Shown: positions 35,197 through 45,967, numbered from the stretch's first letter. The stretch: 64,000 nucleotides of DNA from an uncultured Desulfobacterales bacterium (GCA_964573615.1 CAZNKD010000052.1:6220-70219); one strand, 5' to 3'. A program made the numbers and translations. Notes: a model not told the origin generated them from the sequence alone.

Positions 35197-36159
35197 TCAG
35201 AGGACTCCCTTGATTCCCGCAGACTCAAGACCATCCAGGATGGCCCTGTTGATCCTTGAGGCCAGGTCGAGGGCGCGACGTCCGGCCCTTCCGTCCACCT
35301 TGGGGGCCTTTTTCCCCTGGAGGGCCGCAACGAAGTCCTTGATCTCCTCCATCAGGTTGTCCGACTCCTCGTGTTTGATGAAGTTGGGCCTGATGCTGAA
35401 CGGGTTTGAGAGGGCATCCTGCCCCCGGACTATGAGATTGTTCCTCTCGGTACAGTCGGCAGCGATATACGCGCCTTGCTGAAATACCCTTATCCGCCTC
35501 AGATCCTTGAGGGAGATACGGCTTGCAGTGAGGTTGGCCGTGCATCCGTTTTCAAATATGAGCCGGACGTTGGCGATATCCACCCTTGGTGTGAGTACCG
35601 GGACCCCGGCGGCCCTGATCTCCCTCACCTCCGAGTCGACCAGTGAAAGGATGATATCGATGTCGTGGATCATGAGGTCCAGGACCACATCCACATCTGT
35701 TGCCCTCAACTTGAATCCGCTCAGCCTGTGTGCCTCGATGAAGAGAGGAGCAGAGACCTCTCTTTCCAGGGTCACTATGGCGGGATTGAACCTCTCCAGA
35801 TGGCCCACCTGCAGAACCAGGCCCTTCCCCTCTGCCAAAGCTATGAGCTCGTCCGCCTCCTCCAGTGTGACCGTCATGGGCTTTTCAAGGAGTATGTGCT
35901 TTCCCGCCTCGAGAAGATCCTTTGCGACCTGGTAGTGGAGGGATGTGGGCACCACGATGCTTGCGGCGTCTATCTCATCCAGGACCTGCCTGTAGTCGGT
36001 ATAGGGGGTGGAGCCGCACTCCTCAGCCACCCGCTCTGCCTGCTCCTTGTCGATGTCCACCACGGCAACGAGCTCGGTCTCTTCGAGTGCCGCATATTTC
36101 TGGGCATGGAACCGCCCGAGATAGCCGGCGCCTATTACTGCTATCCTGATACCATTCAT
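35197..36159 (-). CDS. Gfo/Idh/MocA family oxidoreductase embedded in the lipid A operon (GnnA-like position)
   Basis: IRIAVIGAGYLGRFHAQKY Rossmann motif and an EKP motif (LLEKPM). Located between lpxI and lpxB. Confidence 0.85.
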   Translation of the reverse strand: MNGIRIAVIGAGYLGRFHAQKYAALEETELVAVVDIDKEQAERVAEECGSTPYTDYRQVLDEIDAASIVVPTSLHYQVAKDLLEAGKHILLEKPMTVTLEEADELIALAEGKGLVLQVGHLERFNPAIVTLEREVSAPLFIEAHRLSGFKLRATDVDVVLDLMIHDIDIILSLVDSEVREIRAAGVPVLTPRVDIANVRLIFENGCTANLTASRISLKDLRRIRVFQQGAYIAADCTERNNLIVRGQDALSNPFSIRPNFIKHEESDNLMEEIKDFVAALQGKKAPKVDGRAGRRALDLASRINRAILDGLESAGIKGVL

Positions 36160-37004
36160 GATCTGTCCAGTCCTATTCCAACGATAGCTATGGAGTGTCT
36201 ATCGGCCAGCTCGATGGCCCTGTCCCTGTCGAAGAAGAGAGAGCGGCCGGCCTCGACGGCCAGGCAGGAGGCCCCGGCCTCTATCATGGTCTCTATGGTC
36301 CCAAGGCCGATGGATGGAAGGTCGAACCTGAGGTCCTGGTTGGGCTTGCATATCTTTATGACACATGCGCCATCTCCCCCGCCCAGGCCGGCTCCTCGGC
36401 GTATGGTCTCATCAGTGCCCTCGATGGCCTCCACCGCCAGTACGGCCCGGTCCTTGACCACGATGCACTGGCCTATGTCCAGCTGCCCAATCTTCTTGGC
36501 GATCTCGATGCCGAACTCCATATCCCGTTTCTCGTCCTTGGATGGCCTGCGCCTGGTCAGGACCCCCTCGGGTGTTACGAGATCCTCCATGAGGATGGTG
36601 GAGGGCACCACCTCTATCCCCTCCTTTGCCAGCTCCTCAGCAACGCCTCGGAGGATCCCGTCATCCAGATGCCCCTTCATGGAGTTCCAGAGGGAGAGGG
36701 CCCTGAGGTCCGGCCTTACGTCAAAGAAGATCCTGGTCTTTGTGATGGTCCCTGCCAGGAGGGTCCTGTTGACTCCCTTTTTGCGGAAAAAGGAGATGAT
36801 CTTGCCGAGCTGGCCGAGATGTACCCACTTTATATGGGTGGCAAAGGACTCTATGGAGGGATCGGTCTCACGCCTGTGGGCGACGACGGCAACCTGCACC
36901 CCCCTTCTTACCGCCTCCTTTGCACAGAGCAGAGGGAACTGCCCGCCGCCTGCAATGATGCCCAAGGGGCGGCTACGGTCTATGCTATCTGCTCCTCGTT
37001 CCAT
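36156..37004 (-). CDS. lpxI: UDP-2,3-diacylglucosamine diphosphatase LpxI (DUF1009)
   Basis: LGIIAGGGQFPLLCAKEA N-terminus and C-terminal ...EAIEGTDETIRRG... typical of LpxI. No lpxH is in the cluster. Confidence 0.8.
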   Translation of the reverse strand: MERGADSIDRSRPLGIIAGGGQFPLLCAKEAVRRGVQVAVVAHRRETDPSIESFATHIKWVHLGQLGKIISFFRKKGVNRTLLAGTITKTRIFFDVRPDLRALSLWNSMKGHLDDGILRGVAEELAKEGIEVVPSTILMEDLVTPEGVLTRRRPSKDEKRDMEFGIEIAKKIGQLDIGQCIVVKDRAVLAVEAIEGTDETIRRGAGLGGGDGACVIKICKPNQDLRFDLPSIGLGTIETMIEAGASCLAVEAGRSLFFDRDRAIELADRHSIAIVGIGLDRS

Positions 37005-37798
37005 TCCGGCATGGGAATTCCGCGCTTTGACTCCTTTATGAATCCGGCAAACCTCTGGACCACCGGCAGATCAGAAAAGGCCTTCTCCACCTCGGCAACG
37101 CCCTCGGATACGGTTGCAGCCTTCTGAAAGATCATGCGATAGGCATCCCGCAAGGCCTTTATCTCATCCCTCGAAAAGCCCCCGCGCCTGAGCCCCACCA
37201 GATTGAGGCCAAAGAGCTTGCCATCCCTGGCACCATAATAGCGGGTAAAGGGCGGGATATCCTTGTTGGTGCCAGACATGCCCCCCATAAAGGCGAACTC
37301 CCCGATCCTGCAAAACTGGTGTATCGCACACATACCGCCGATTACGGCATGGTGGCCTATCTCCACGTGTCCCCCCAGGGTGGCCACGTTCGCCATGATC
37401 ACATGGTCGCCTATCTGGCAGTCGTGGGCCACATGGGAATATGCCATGATCATGCAATTGCTGCCGATCCTCGTAACGCCTCCGCCCTTGGGGGTCCCCC
37501 TGTGGATGGTGACAGCCTCCCGGACCACGGTGTTGTCCCCTATCTCAACTGCGGTCATCTCGCCGCTGTAGGTAAGATCCTGAGGAGGGGCCCCCACCGA
37601 GGCAAACTGGTAGATCTGGACATTTCGCCCAACGGAGGTCTCCCCCTCCACCACCACATGGGGCCCTACGAATGTGCCATCACCAATGGTCACCTGTGGC
37701 CCGATTACCGCATAGGCCCCTATGGTGACACCCTGGCCGAGCCTTGCTCCCTGCTCTATTACAGCTGTCTTGTGTATGTTGTTGGCCTTTTCTGACAT
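36980..37798 (-). CDS. lpxA: acyl-ACP--UDP-N-acetylglucosamine O-acyltransferase
   Basis: Left-handed beta-helix hexapeptide repeats and an LpxA C-terminal helical domain (...LNLVGLRRGGFSRDEIKALRDAYR...). Confidence 0.9.
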   Translation of the reverse strand: MSEKANNIHKTAVIEQGARLGQGVTIGAYAVIGPQVTIGDGTFVGPHVVVEGETSVGRNVQIYQFASVGAPPQDLTYSGEMTAVEIGDNTVVREAVTIHRGTPKGGGVTRIGSNCMIMAYSHVAHDCQIGDHVIMANVATLGGHVEIGHHAVIGGMCAIHQFCRIGEFAFMGGMSGTNKDIPPFTRYYGARDGKLFGLNLVGLRRGGFSRDEIKALRDAYRMIFQKAATVSEGVAEVEKAFSDLPVVQRFAGFIKESKRGIPMPEWNEEQIA

Positions 37799-37806
37799 AT
37801 TGATCC

Positions 37807-38244
37807 TTACTGAATGGCAGCCATGAGCACCGCCTCTACGGCCACGTTGCCGCCGACCAGGGCCTTTCCACCCATCTTCCAGATGTTGCGCTTCTGCTTT
37901 ATGAGCTCGAGCTCCAGGTCGAGCCTGTCACCAGGCAGGACAGGCCTGCGAAACCTGACCCCGTCTATGCCTGCAAAGACCACCAGTTTCTCCCTCAAAG
38001 AGGGATCTGTCTCCTTGGCGAATATGATGCCGAGCTGAGCCATGGCCTCGAGGATCATGACCCCCGGCATGATGGGGTTGCCTGGGAAGTGTCCCTGAAA
38101 GAAGGGCTCATTGAATGAGACATTCTTGTGGCCCTTGATGAACTTTCCTGGCTCCACCTCGCTCACCCCGTCCACCATGAGAAAGGGATACCTGTGGGGC
38201 AAGAGCTCAAGAATCCTGTCTATCTCCATCGTCTCCATCCTCAC
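37807..38244 (-). CDS. fabZ: 3-hydroxyacyl-ACP dehydratase
   Basis: [14 protein letters not shown] and [23 protein letters not shown] motifs. The start may be a few codons downstream. Confidence 0.9.
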   Translation of the reverse strand: MRMETMEIDRILELLPHRYPFLMVDGVSEVEPGKFIKGHKNVSFNEPFFQGHFPGNPIMPGVMILEAMAQLGIIFAKETDPSLREKLVVFAGIDGVRFRRPVLPGDRLDLELELIKQKRNIWKMGGKALVGGNVAVEAVLMAAIQ

Positions 38245-39274
38245 TGAGTCTCTTTATCTGACGTTTGAGCTCTCTCAACTCCGCCGCCATCTCCGGCAGC
38301 CTCTTATAGGCGGCTGCAACCCGCAGGAATTGCCTGTGTGGCATGGCCGGGATGCCTGATACCGCCTCCCCGGCACCCACCGAGTGAGGCACTCCGGACT
38401 TGGCCGTGACAATCGCCCTGTCTCCGATCTCGATATGGCCCACGATCCCCGCCTGGGCAGCTATCACCACACCGCGGCCCACCTTGGTGCTGCCTGCTAT
38501 GCCGGCCTGGGCCACGATGATGGAGCCGGCTCCTATCTGTACATTGTGGGCGATCATCACCAGATTGTCTATCATGGAGCCGGCACCTATCCTGGTTTCT
38601 CCAAAGGCTGCGCGATCTATGGTGGTATTCGCACCTATCTCGACCCCGTCCTCTATGACGACTATACCCACCTGGGGGATCTTGTGGTGCCTGCCCTCTT
38701 CGTCTGTCGCAAAGCCAAATCCATCTGCACCGATAACAGAGCCGGCATGTATCCGGACACCCCTACCGATCCTGCACCCCTTGTATATGGTCACATTGGG
38801 GAAGATGGTGGTATCGGCACCGATGCTCACCCCGTCTCCGATCACTGAGCCAGGATGTATGGTGACACCAGAGGCGATCTCGACACCATCGCCTATTACC
38901 ACATTGGCACCGATGGATACCTCCTCGGAGATGGAGCACTCCCTGCCGACGACAGCACTTTCATGGATGCCGGTCGGCCTGAACTCCTCCCTGAAGAAGA
39001 GGCTGGCCACCTTTGCATAGGCAAGATAGGGGTTCTTTACCAACACCACCGGCCTGCCGAGCGCCTTGAGCCCCTCCTCCGGCCAGTCCTCTGGCAGTAT
39101 AAGGGCACCCGCCCTGCTGGCAAGAGCGGCCTTTTCAAACTTCCTGCTCACTGCAAAGCTTATCTGCCCAGGCCCGGCACTCTCCAAGGGCGCAATGGAA
39201 TCCACCTGGAAGGATCCATCTCCCGAAACCCGTCCACCTGTAAGCTCGGCTATCTTTTCAAGGCTGACAGCCAT
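38207..39274 (-). CDS. lpxD: UDP-3-O-acylglucosamine N-acyltransferase
   Basis: N-terminal [10 protein letters not shown] domain, a long hexapeptide-repeat region, and a C-terminal coiled segment. Confidence 0.9.
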   Translation of the reverse strand: MAVSLEKIAELTGGRVSGDGSFQVDSIAPLESAGPGQISFAVSRKFEKAALASRAGALILPEDWPEEGLKALGRPVVLVKNPYLAYAKVASLFFREEFRPTGIHESAVVGRECSISEEVSIGANVVIGDGVEIASGVTIHPGSVIGDGVSIGADTTIFPNVTIYKGCRIGRGVRIHAGSVIGADGFGFATDEEGRHHKIPQVGIVVIEDGVEIGANTTIDRAAFGETRIGAGSMIDNLVMIAHNVQIGAGSIIVAQAGIAGSTKVGRGVVIAAQAGIVGHIEIGDRAIVTAKSGVPHSVGAGEAVSGIPAMPHRQFLRVAAAYKRLPEMAAELRELKRQIKRLSEDGDDGDRQDS

Positions 39275-41976
39275 CAGAAGCTGCCCCCCATGCGGAACTC
39301 CCAGTTGCTCTTGTCGTCATCCGGCTGCTTGTCGATATTGTAGCCATATTCGATACGCAGCGGGCCCATGGGAGAGAGCCACCTTATACCAAAACCCACG
39401 GACTTTCTCGTATCTGTCAGATCGATGTCACCCTTCTCCCAGACGTTTCCCATGTCGTAGAAGATGACACCATTTAGCCCCATGCCCTGGATGAGCGGAA
39501 ATATCAGCTCACTCTGCATGTAGCCCATGTATTCTCCACCGATACGCTCATCGGTCTCGGGGTCTATCGGGCTCACCCAGCCATACTTGTAGCCGCGGAT
39601 GGAGTCCAGGCCGCCCAGGAAGAACCTCTCCCAGACGGGCAGCTTGCCATTGCTGCCCTCCTTGACATAGCCTGCCCCAAACTTGATGTGGCCGACAAGC
39701 TCCTTCCAGATGGAGTGGTAGTAGCTGGTGCTGCCCTCAAGCTTCACGAACTCGGCGTCTCCGCCCAGGACACCACCTGCATACTCCAGCGATATGTCGT
39801 TCAGCCAGCCCCTCGAGGGATTGAAGAAACGGTTCCTGGTGTCATGCACCAGTCCGGTGCTCAATGCCCGGGTGGTCTTTATGTCCTTGGAGTCCTGTAT
39901 GTATCTCGAAGAGTCCCACCCGTAGTCTTCAAGGTCGGTATAGTCCATACGGAAGCCGGCATACCATCTGAGGTTGTCCGTGATGGGATAACCAAATCTC
40001 AGGGCCCCGCCCCAGCTCTTCTTGGTGTAGTCGTCGTACTCGTACTCCCAGTTGTAGAGATCGAACCCGAGGGAGAACCTGGTATCCCTGAAGTAGGGTT
40101 CGAGAAAACTGATGGTATAGCGCTGGGTGCTCGCCCCCAGGATACCCTTGAAGCTCAGGGTCTGTCCCTTTCCGAGGAAGTTTCTTTGGCTGATCTCCCC
40201 CATGAATATGAGGCTGTCCACAGAGCTGTATCCGGCACCGATACTGAAGGTGCCCGTCTGGCGCTCTTTCACCTGGACATCTATATCCATGTGGGCCTTG
40301 TCCCTGCCCTTCTTGGGCGTGATGTTCACATCCTCGAAATAGCCCAGGCGCCTGAGCCTGTCCTGGCTCTTCTTGAGCCCGGAGGAGCTGAAGGGCTCAA
40401 GCTCTTTCACCCTCAGCTCCCGGCGAATCACCTTGTCTCTGGTGCGGGTATTGCCGGCTATCTCTATCCTGTCGATATAGACCTTTGGCCCCTTGTCCAC
40501 CTTGAGGGTGATGTTGACCACCTTCTTCTCCGGATCCTTGGTGATGATGGGGGTGATATTGCAGTAGGCAAAGCCGTGATCCGAATAGTGGCTGGTAAGC
40601 GCCATTATGTCCTTTCTCAGGATCTGCTGGCTGAAGTAGTCGTTGTCCTTGAGCTTAAGCTCCTCGAGCAGCTTGTCCACGTCCTTGAAGTAGTCCTGCT
40701 CTATGCGGATCTTGCCCACGCCATAGCGCTCGCCTTCATCAATGGGAATGGTTATGTAGATGTCGGCACCGTCTCGCTTGATCTTGGGCCTTCCCACCTT
40801 TGCATCCACATAGCCATGGTTGTGGTAGTAGGCTGCAAGCCTTGCAAGATCCCGCTCAAGGGCATCATTCTTCAGTATCCCTGCATCCCCCTTTATCAGC
40901 CCGATTATGTTCCTGAGGCTCGGGGTCCACCAGGGCTTTTCCTCGGCCACCTCCATGATCCCCTTGAGATCGTCGTCAGAGAAGGCCTTGTTGCCCTGAA
41001 ACTCTATCTTCTTGATCTTGACCTTCTCTCCCTCTGTGATCTCGAAGATGACGTCTGCGGCCTGGTTGGAGACCGGTTTCACCGCTGCCACCACGGTGGT
41101 GCCTGCAAAGCCCTTGTCGGAATAGAGCATCTGGATCTTCTGGGCATTCTCCTGCAGGGCCTGCTCCTTTATGACCGTGTAGGGCCTGAGATCCAGCACC
41201 TCTCTGATCTTGTCCTCCTCGAGCTCCTTGTTGCCGACTATCTTGATCTTTCTTATTGCGGGCTTTTCTCTCACCAGAAAGGTGACCACCTTGCCTTCCG
41301 GGGTGTCCTGGACGTCTGCCTCGATGTCGTCGAAGTAGCCCATCTTGTACATGGCCCTGATGCTCTCCGAGATGATCTTCGGATCATAGCGCATCCCCTT
41401 TCTGATGGGCAGCTCCTCGAATATGGCATCCGAGCCCACCCTGCGGTTGCCCTCCACCTGCACCCTGGCGATGAGATACGGGGTCAAAAAGGCCTGTTCG
41501 ATCTTGTCCGTCAAGAGCCCGGAAAGGGCCGCAAGCTTCTCCATGGGCCCCTGTATGAAGGCGGTAAGGGGCTTGTTCTCGAGTGAATCCCTGGAGATCA
41601 CATACAGGTCTATGCTCACATGGCTGCCAAGCAGGCTCACCGTCCCGTTTATCCCGAAAAGCGCCCCATGTGAGGCCAGGACCTGCCTCAGTTGCTGGAT
41701 GTTCCCGGATGGCGGCGCCTCCTCAGCCCTTATCACCACATGCCCGCGGCGAGAAAGTTCATCTTCCAGGGCCTTTTCCACCTTGGAGACCGCCTGGCCT
41801 ATGCGGTCCTTGGGCCCTATCCCCTTGAGGGGGAAGAGCACCACCTTGGTGGAAGGGACCTGCTCCTCTGCCTGGCAAGGCACAGGGGCCAGAGGGCCAT
41901 GGACAAACAGGGCTCCCAGGGCCAGAAGGCATATGGAGACAAGGATATAACGCGGATTATATTTCATATGCATCAC
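39274..41976 (-). CDS. bamA: outer membrane protein assembly factor BamA
   Basis: 900 aa. Signal peptide, multiple POTRA-like repeats ([12 protein letters not shown]..., [12 protein letters not shown]..., [12 protein letters not shown]...), an Omp85 barrel, and a C-terminus ...FRMGGSF. Confidence 0.9.
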   Translation of the reverse strand: MMHMKYNPRYILVSICLLALGALFVHGPLAPVPCQAEEQVPSTKVVLFPLKGIGPKDRIGQAVSKVEKALEDELSRRGHVVIRAEEAPPSGNIQQLRQVLASHGALFGINGTVSLLGSHVSIDLYVISRDSLENKPLTAFIQGPMEKLAALSGLLTDKIEQAFLTPYLIARVQVEGNRRVGSDAIFEELPIRKGMRYDPKIISESIRAMYKMGYFDDIEADVQDTPEGKVVTFLVREKPAIRKIKIVGNKELEEDKIREVLDLRPYTVIKEQALQENAQKIQMLYSDKGFAGTTVVAAVKPVSNQAADVIFEITEGEKVKIKKIEFQGNKAFSDDDLKGIMEVAEEKPWWTPSLRNIIGLIKGDAGILKNDALERDLARLAAYYHNHGYVDAKVGRPKIKRDGADIYITIPIDEGERYGVGKIRIEQDYFKDVDKLLEELKLKDNDYFSQQILRKDIMALTSHYSDHGFAYCNITPIITKDPEKKVVNITLKVDKGPKVYIDRIEIAGNTRTRDKVIRRELRVKELEPFSSSGLKKSQDRLRRLGYFEDVNITPKKGRDKAHMDIDVQVKERQTGTFSIGAGYSSVDSLIFMGEISQRNFLGKGQTLSFKGILGASTQRYTISFLEPYFRDTRFSLGFDLYNWEYEYDDYTKKSWGGALRFGYPITDNLRWYAGFRMDYTDLEDYGWDSSRYIQDSKDIKTTRALSTGLVHDTRNRFFNPSRGWLNDISLEYAGGVLGGDAEFVKLEGSTSYYHSIWKELVGHIKFGAGYVKEGSNGKLPVWERFFLGGLDSIRGYKYGWVSPIDPETDERIGGEYMGYMQSELIFPLIQGMGLNGVIFYDMGNVWEKGDIDLTDTRKSVGFGIRWLSPMGPLRIEYGYNIDKQPDDDKSNWEFRMGGSF

Positions 41977-42734
41977 GCCGCCTTTTTCATAACGAAGTCA
42001 GCAAGCTCTCCCATTTCCAGCTCCACCGCTATGCCGTCCCGCAGCCCGATGACCCTGTCCGCCCGGCAGGCAAGGCTCAGGTTGTGCGTTACCAGGATCA
42101 CCGAGGTGTCCGGCCGCTCCTTCATGCTGAAGAGGAGCTCGGCCACCTTTCTGCCGCTCTTTTCATCCAGATTGCCAGTGGGTTCATCTGCCAATATCAG
42201 TTTGGGGTTGCGGATGACAGCCCGGGCCAGGGCCACCCTCTGCTGCTCCCCGCCGGAGAGCCTTGAGGATGGAAGGTCCATCCTTTCGGCAAGACCCAGC
42301 TCTTCAAGGAGGGCGGTGGCCTCCTGCCTGGCCTGGGAACGGGCCATACCTGCCAGGAGGCAGGGCATCATGACATTTTCCAGGGCAGTGAACTCCGGCA
42401 GGAGGTGATGGAACTGAAATACGAATCCGATCTCACTGTTTCGAAAGGAAGAGAGTCTGGAATCGGACCAGGAGAAGACATCCATGCCGCCATAGAGGAC
42501 CTTTCCGGCAGATGGTCTGTCCAGGGTGCCTATTATATGGAGCAGGGTGGTCTTGCCCACACCAGAGGCACCGATCACCGCCACGACCTCATTGCGGTAG
42601 ATGGTGCAGCTCACACCTGTGAGCACATCGATCCGTCTGCCATCGGCAGCATACGACTTTGCCAGGCCCTGGACCTCCAGGGACACGGCCTTTTCAGGAT
42701 CCAATACCTTTCCGTCTCCTCCCTGCAGCCACAT
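41973..42734 (-). CDS. ABC transporter ATP-binding protein, LolD/MacB-type
   Basis: Walker A GASGVGKTTLL, signature LSGGEQQRVALARA, Walker B LILADEPTGNLD. The ATG at 42734 is preferred over the TTG at 42758. No cognate permease gene is adjacent. Confidence 0.85.
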   Translation of the reverse strand: MWLQGGDGKVLDPEKAVSLEVQGLAKSYAADGRRIDVLTGVSCTIYRNEVVAVIGASGVGKTTLLHIIGTLDRPSAGKVLYGGMDVFSWSDSRLSSFRNSEIGFVFQFHHLLPEFTALENVMMPCLLAGMARSQARQEATALLEELGLAERMDLPSSRLSGGEQQRVALARAVIRNPKLILADEPTGNLDEKSGRKVAELLFSMKERPDTSVILVTHNLSLACRADRVIGLRDGIAVELEMGELADFVMKKAA

Positions 42735-42834
42735 CAGTTGCTTGCCAGAAGAGGCCAAGAGCAGTAGGGCTGCAACTTGCTGGCTACTCTACACAAGTCC
42801 TCAAGAGATAACAAATATAGAATGGTGCTTCAAG

Positions 42835-42871
42835 GGGATTGGCTGGGATTTGGGGGGATTGGCTGGGATTG
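42835..42871. repeat. 17-bp direct repeat GGGGATTGGCTGGGATT x2 (20-bp period) upstream of the ABC ATPase/bamA operon
   Basis: Read directly, at 42835-42851 and 42855-42871. Confidence 0.8.
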
Positions 42872-42956
42872 GAGCCGGCAAACTGAGACAGATCCCTCTT
42901 TGAAGGAAAAACCGGTGGGCTTCAGTAACGAATTATAGAGCCGCATTATAGAGGGA

Positions 42957-44738
42957 TCACAGATCCGGCATATCCGACAGCAGGTCCCGGGCCTTTTTGA
43001 GTTTTTTCTTGATCCTGTGGCGGTCCTGGGATTTCTTGCAGAGCTCCAAGGCCCTTTTGTAGGTTTCAAGTGCCCTGCTGTAGCGCCCCATGGCCATCAA
43101 CACATCGCCCAGGTGCTCTGCAATGATAGGGTCCTCTGGGACCAGCTCATGGGCGCGCTCGAGCTGCTCAAGGGCCAGGCGGTAACGCCTCTGCTTGTAA
43201 TAGACCCAGCCAAGGCTGTCTATGATGTAGCCATCATCCGGCTTGAGCTCGATGGCGTGCCTTATGAGCCTTTCCGCCTCATCCAGCTCCCTTCCGGACT
43301 CGGCCAGGACATAGCCCACGAAATTGAGAGCGGGCACGAAGTCAGGATCGAGTTCAAGGGCCTTTCTTGCCGCATCTATGGCCTCGTCTCTCTCCCCCTG
43401 CTCCTCGAGGGCCAGGGCCAAGGCCATCCAGAGCATCTTGTTGGTTGGGGCCTCGGAAGTGGCCTTGCGCAAGAGGGCCACCGACTCCTGGCGGCGTCCG
43501 GACTCCTCCAGTAAACCGGCCAGGGTCTTCACCAGTGTGGGATCGTACCCATACCGCCCGATAGCATCCTTCAAGAAGGCTATGGCCCGTTTTCTGCCAT
43601 ACAGCTTCGACAGGACCAGGGCCTGCCTGGATATGGCCTCCATGCCCACCCTGCTCTTGATTGGCACCTTTTTGTATTGGTCGATGGCCTCGTCGAGCTC
43701 GCCCTTCTCCTCCAGGGCAAGGGCCAGGTAGAATCTGAATTCACTCTCCTCGGGTCTCTTTTCGACAAGCTCTCTCAAGAGGGCTATGGCCCTGTCCAGC
43801 CTTCCTGCCTGGAGATATATCAGGGCCACACGGAAATCCACTGCAGGGTCCTTGGCGCCAAGCTGCCGCAGGATCTCTGCCTGGTGCACCACCTCCTCGT
43901 CCCTGCCCTCCTTCATCAAGAGCATCAGCAGGGCCTGCCTCGCCCTCAGATTCTGTGGCTGCTGCTCCAGCAGCTTCATGTAGACGCCTATGGCCTGGCT
44001 GTTCATGCCCTTGGACTCATAGAGGTCGGCGAGCTCGAAATATGCCGGCATGAACCTCGGGTTGTTGGCCAGGGCCTTTCTATAGTAGCTCTCGGCCTCC
44101 ATGAACCTGGAGCGCTCCCTGGCGATCCTGCCGAGAAAGTAATAGGCCATGAAGGAGCGATCCGAATTGATGGCCGCGGCCTTTCTCATTATCTCCTCGG
44201 CCTTTCTGATATCCCGGCTCTGGACATAGAGTGTGCCTGCAAGGAGCAGGGCCTCCTGGTTTTCCGGATCGATGGCCAGCACCTTTTCAAGGGTGGCGAT
44301 GGCCTCGGCCACCTGATCCTTCTGTGCCAGGAATCGGGCCCGCATGAGGAGGAGCTCTATGTTCTCAGGATCGAGCTCAAGGGCTTTATCGAGCCACTTC
44401 TCTGCCTCCTCCATGCGGCCGAGATGTGCCGCATTCCTGGCAAGGGCCTCGAGGATGTCAAGCGATTCGGGATCACTCCTGTAGGCCTCCTCCAGCCACC
44501 TCTGGGCATCTGCAAGGCGCCCTCTCGACATGTCCATGAGGCCCATCATGTAGGCCGCATACGGATCTGCAAGGGAAGGGGAAAAGGCGCCACTGGCAGG
44601 CGCCGGGCTCGAAAACAGTGTGAAACAGACCAGCAGGATAGAGACGAGCGAGAAGAACACGGCCTTAAAAGAGCTGCAAAAGGGACCTTCTTGGCCATCT
44701 CTGGGCTGAATTCTCATTAGATATGGAGACTCTGGCAT
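42957..44738 (-). CDS. tetratricopeptide repeat protein, N-terminally anchored
   Basis: 593 aa. Hydrophobic N-terminal segment, then more than 12 consecutive TPR units (A..Y..AL..DP pattern throughout). Confidence 0.8.
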   Translation of the reverse strand: MPESPYLMRIQPRDGQEGPFCSSFKAVFFSLVSILLVCFTLFSSPAPASGAFSPSLADPYAAYMMGLMDMSRGRLADAQRWLEEAYRSDPESLDILEALARNAAHLGRMEEAEKWLDKALELDPENIELLLMRARFLAQKDQVAEAIATLEKVLAIDPENQEALLLAGTLYVQSRDIRKAEEIMRKAAAINSDRSFMAYYFLGRIARERSRFMEAESYYRKALANNPRFMPAYFELADLYESKGMNSQAIGVYMKLLEQQPQNLRARQALLMLLMKEGRDEEVVHQAEILRQLGAKDPAVDFRVALIYLQAGRLDRAIALLRELVEKRPEESEFRFYLALALEEKGELDEAIDQYKKVPIKSRVGMEAISRQALVLSKLYGRKRAIAFLKDAIGRYGYDPTLVKTLAGLLEESGRRQESVALLRKATSEAPTNKMLWMALALALEEQGERDEAIDAARKALELDPDFVPALNFVGYVLAESGRELDEAERLIRHAIELKPDDGYIIDSLGWVYYKQRRYRLALEQLERAHELVPEDPIIAEHLGDVLMAMGRYSRALETYKRALELCKKSQDRHRIKKKLKKARDLLSDMPDL

Positions 44739-44797
44739 CTGATATAGAATTTTATATAGAATTTCCTCACTAAGGCATAGAAACAGGGCGCCCTTGC

Positions 44798-45967
44798 TCA
44801 GTCCACGGCCACGCTTCCCAGATCGGGCATCCTCTCTTCCAGGAATTTGCGGAGCTTCTTCTTGAGGCGCGCCTCTATCTGCCTGACCCGCTCACGCGAG
44901 ACCCCGAAGCGCTTTCCAAGCTCCTGCAAGGTCTTTGGCTCTTCGGCGATCATGCGCTCTTCAAAGATCACCTTCTCCTTGTCCTTCAGGGTTGCACCGA
45001 ACTCTTTCAGGCGCTGCCGGATCTGTTCCTTTAATTCCTTTCGGGCAATATCCGTCTCGACTCCAGTATCAGGGCTGGAGATGAAGTCTATCACCTTGTC
45101 CTCGGAGTCCTCCTTCACCGGGGCATCGAGAGAGACCTCCCAGGAGCCCATGCGCTGCTCCATGTCTATGACATCCTGTTCCGAGACATTGAGCCGCTCA
45201 GAGATCAGCTTTGGCACCGGCTCGAACCCCAGGGCCCTGATCTTCTCCTTCTCCTTGTTCAGGTTGTAGAAGAGCTTTCTCTGGGCCTGTGTAGTGCCGA
45301 TCTTCACAAGACGCCAGTTGTCCATGATGAACTTGAGTATATAGGCCTTGATCCAGAAAGAGGCATAGTAGGAGAACTTGACCCCCTTGTAGGGGTTGAA
45401 CTTCTTTACCGCATGCATGAGCCCTACGTTGCCCTCCTGTATGAGATCCAGGAAGTTCTGCATCCAGAACTTCTGGAAATCGAGGGCTATCTTCACAACG
45501 AGCCTCAAATTGGCAGTGACTATCTTCTTGGCGATCTCGGGATCATGGGTCTCGTAATAGGCCTTGGTCAGGGCCTCCTCCTCTTTACGTGACAGGAGCG
45601 GATACTTGTTGATCTCGGCAAGATAGTGCTGAAGGGGATCTGCCTCCATGGGCAGGGTGGGACTAGTCTGCTGGATGGGAAGCCTGCCAGACCCTGCCGC
45701 CTTAGCCCCCCGTACCTTTGAAGAGCCCTTTTTCCTGCCTCTCCGGCCCTTTTTGGATACATCTTTGCTACCCAAAGAGGCCTTGGCAGCCCCAGCCCTT
45801 GCCACCTTCTTCTTTTTTTCTGGGCTGGACTTCTTGCTGCCCTGCCCGGAACCCCTGTCGGGTCCGGATGCACCATCTGCCGCCCCTGCCGCCTTGGACC
45901 GGGCCGAGACCTTTGAATCCTGCTTCTCTTTAGACTCTTTAGTAGACTCTTTAGTCGCCTTTGCCAC
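44798..45967 (-). CDS. rpoH: RNA polymerase sigma-32-like factor (RpoH family), possibly with a ~106-aa polybasic N-terminal extension
   Basis: Regions 2-4 are clear, including the RpoH box (...IGTTQAQRKLFYNLNKEKE...). The track start at 45967 is a GTG. The first ATG at 45649 (MEADPLQHYLAEINKYPLL) would give a canonical 283-aa RpoH. Confidence 0.85.
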   Translation of the reverse strand: MAKATKESTKESKEKQDSKVSARSKAAGAADGASGPDRGSGQGSKKSSPEKKKKVARAGAAKASLGSKDVSKKGRRGRKKGSSKVRGAKAAGSGRLPIQQTSPTLPMEADPLQHYLAEINKYPLLSRKEEEALTKAYYETHDPEIAKKIVTANLRLVVKIALDFQKFWMQNFLDLIQEGNVGLMHAVKKFNPYKGVKFSYYASFWIKAYILKFIMDNWRLVKIGTTQAQRKLFYNLNKEKEKIRALGFEPVPKLISERLNVSEQDVIDMEQRMGSWEVSLDAPVKEDSEDKVIDFISSPDTGVETDIARKELKEQIRQRLKEFGATLKDKEKVIFEERMIAEEPKTLQELGKRFGVSRERVRQIEARLKKKLRKFLEERMPDLGSVAVD

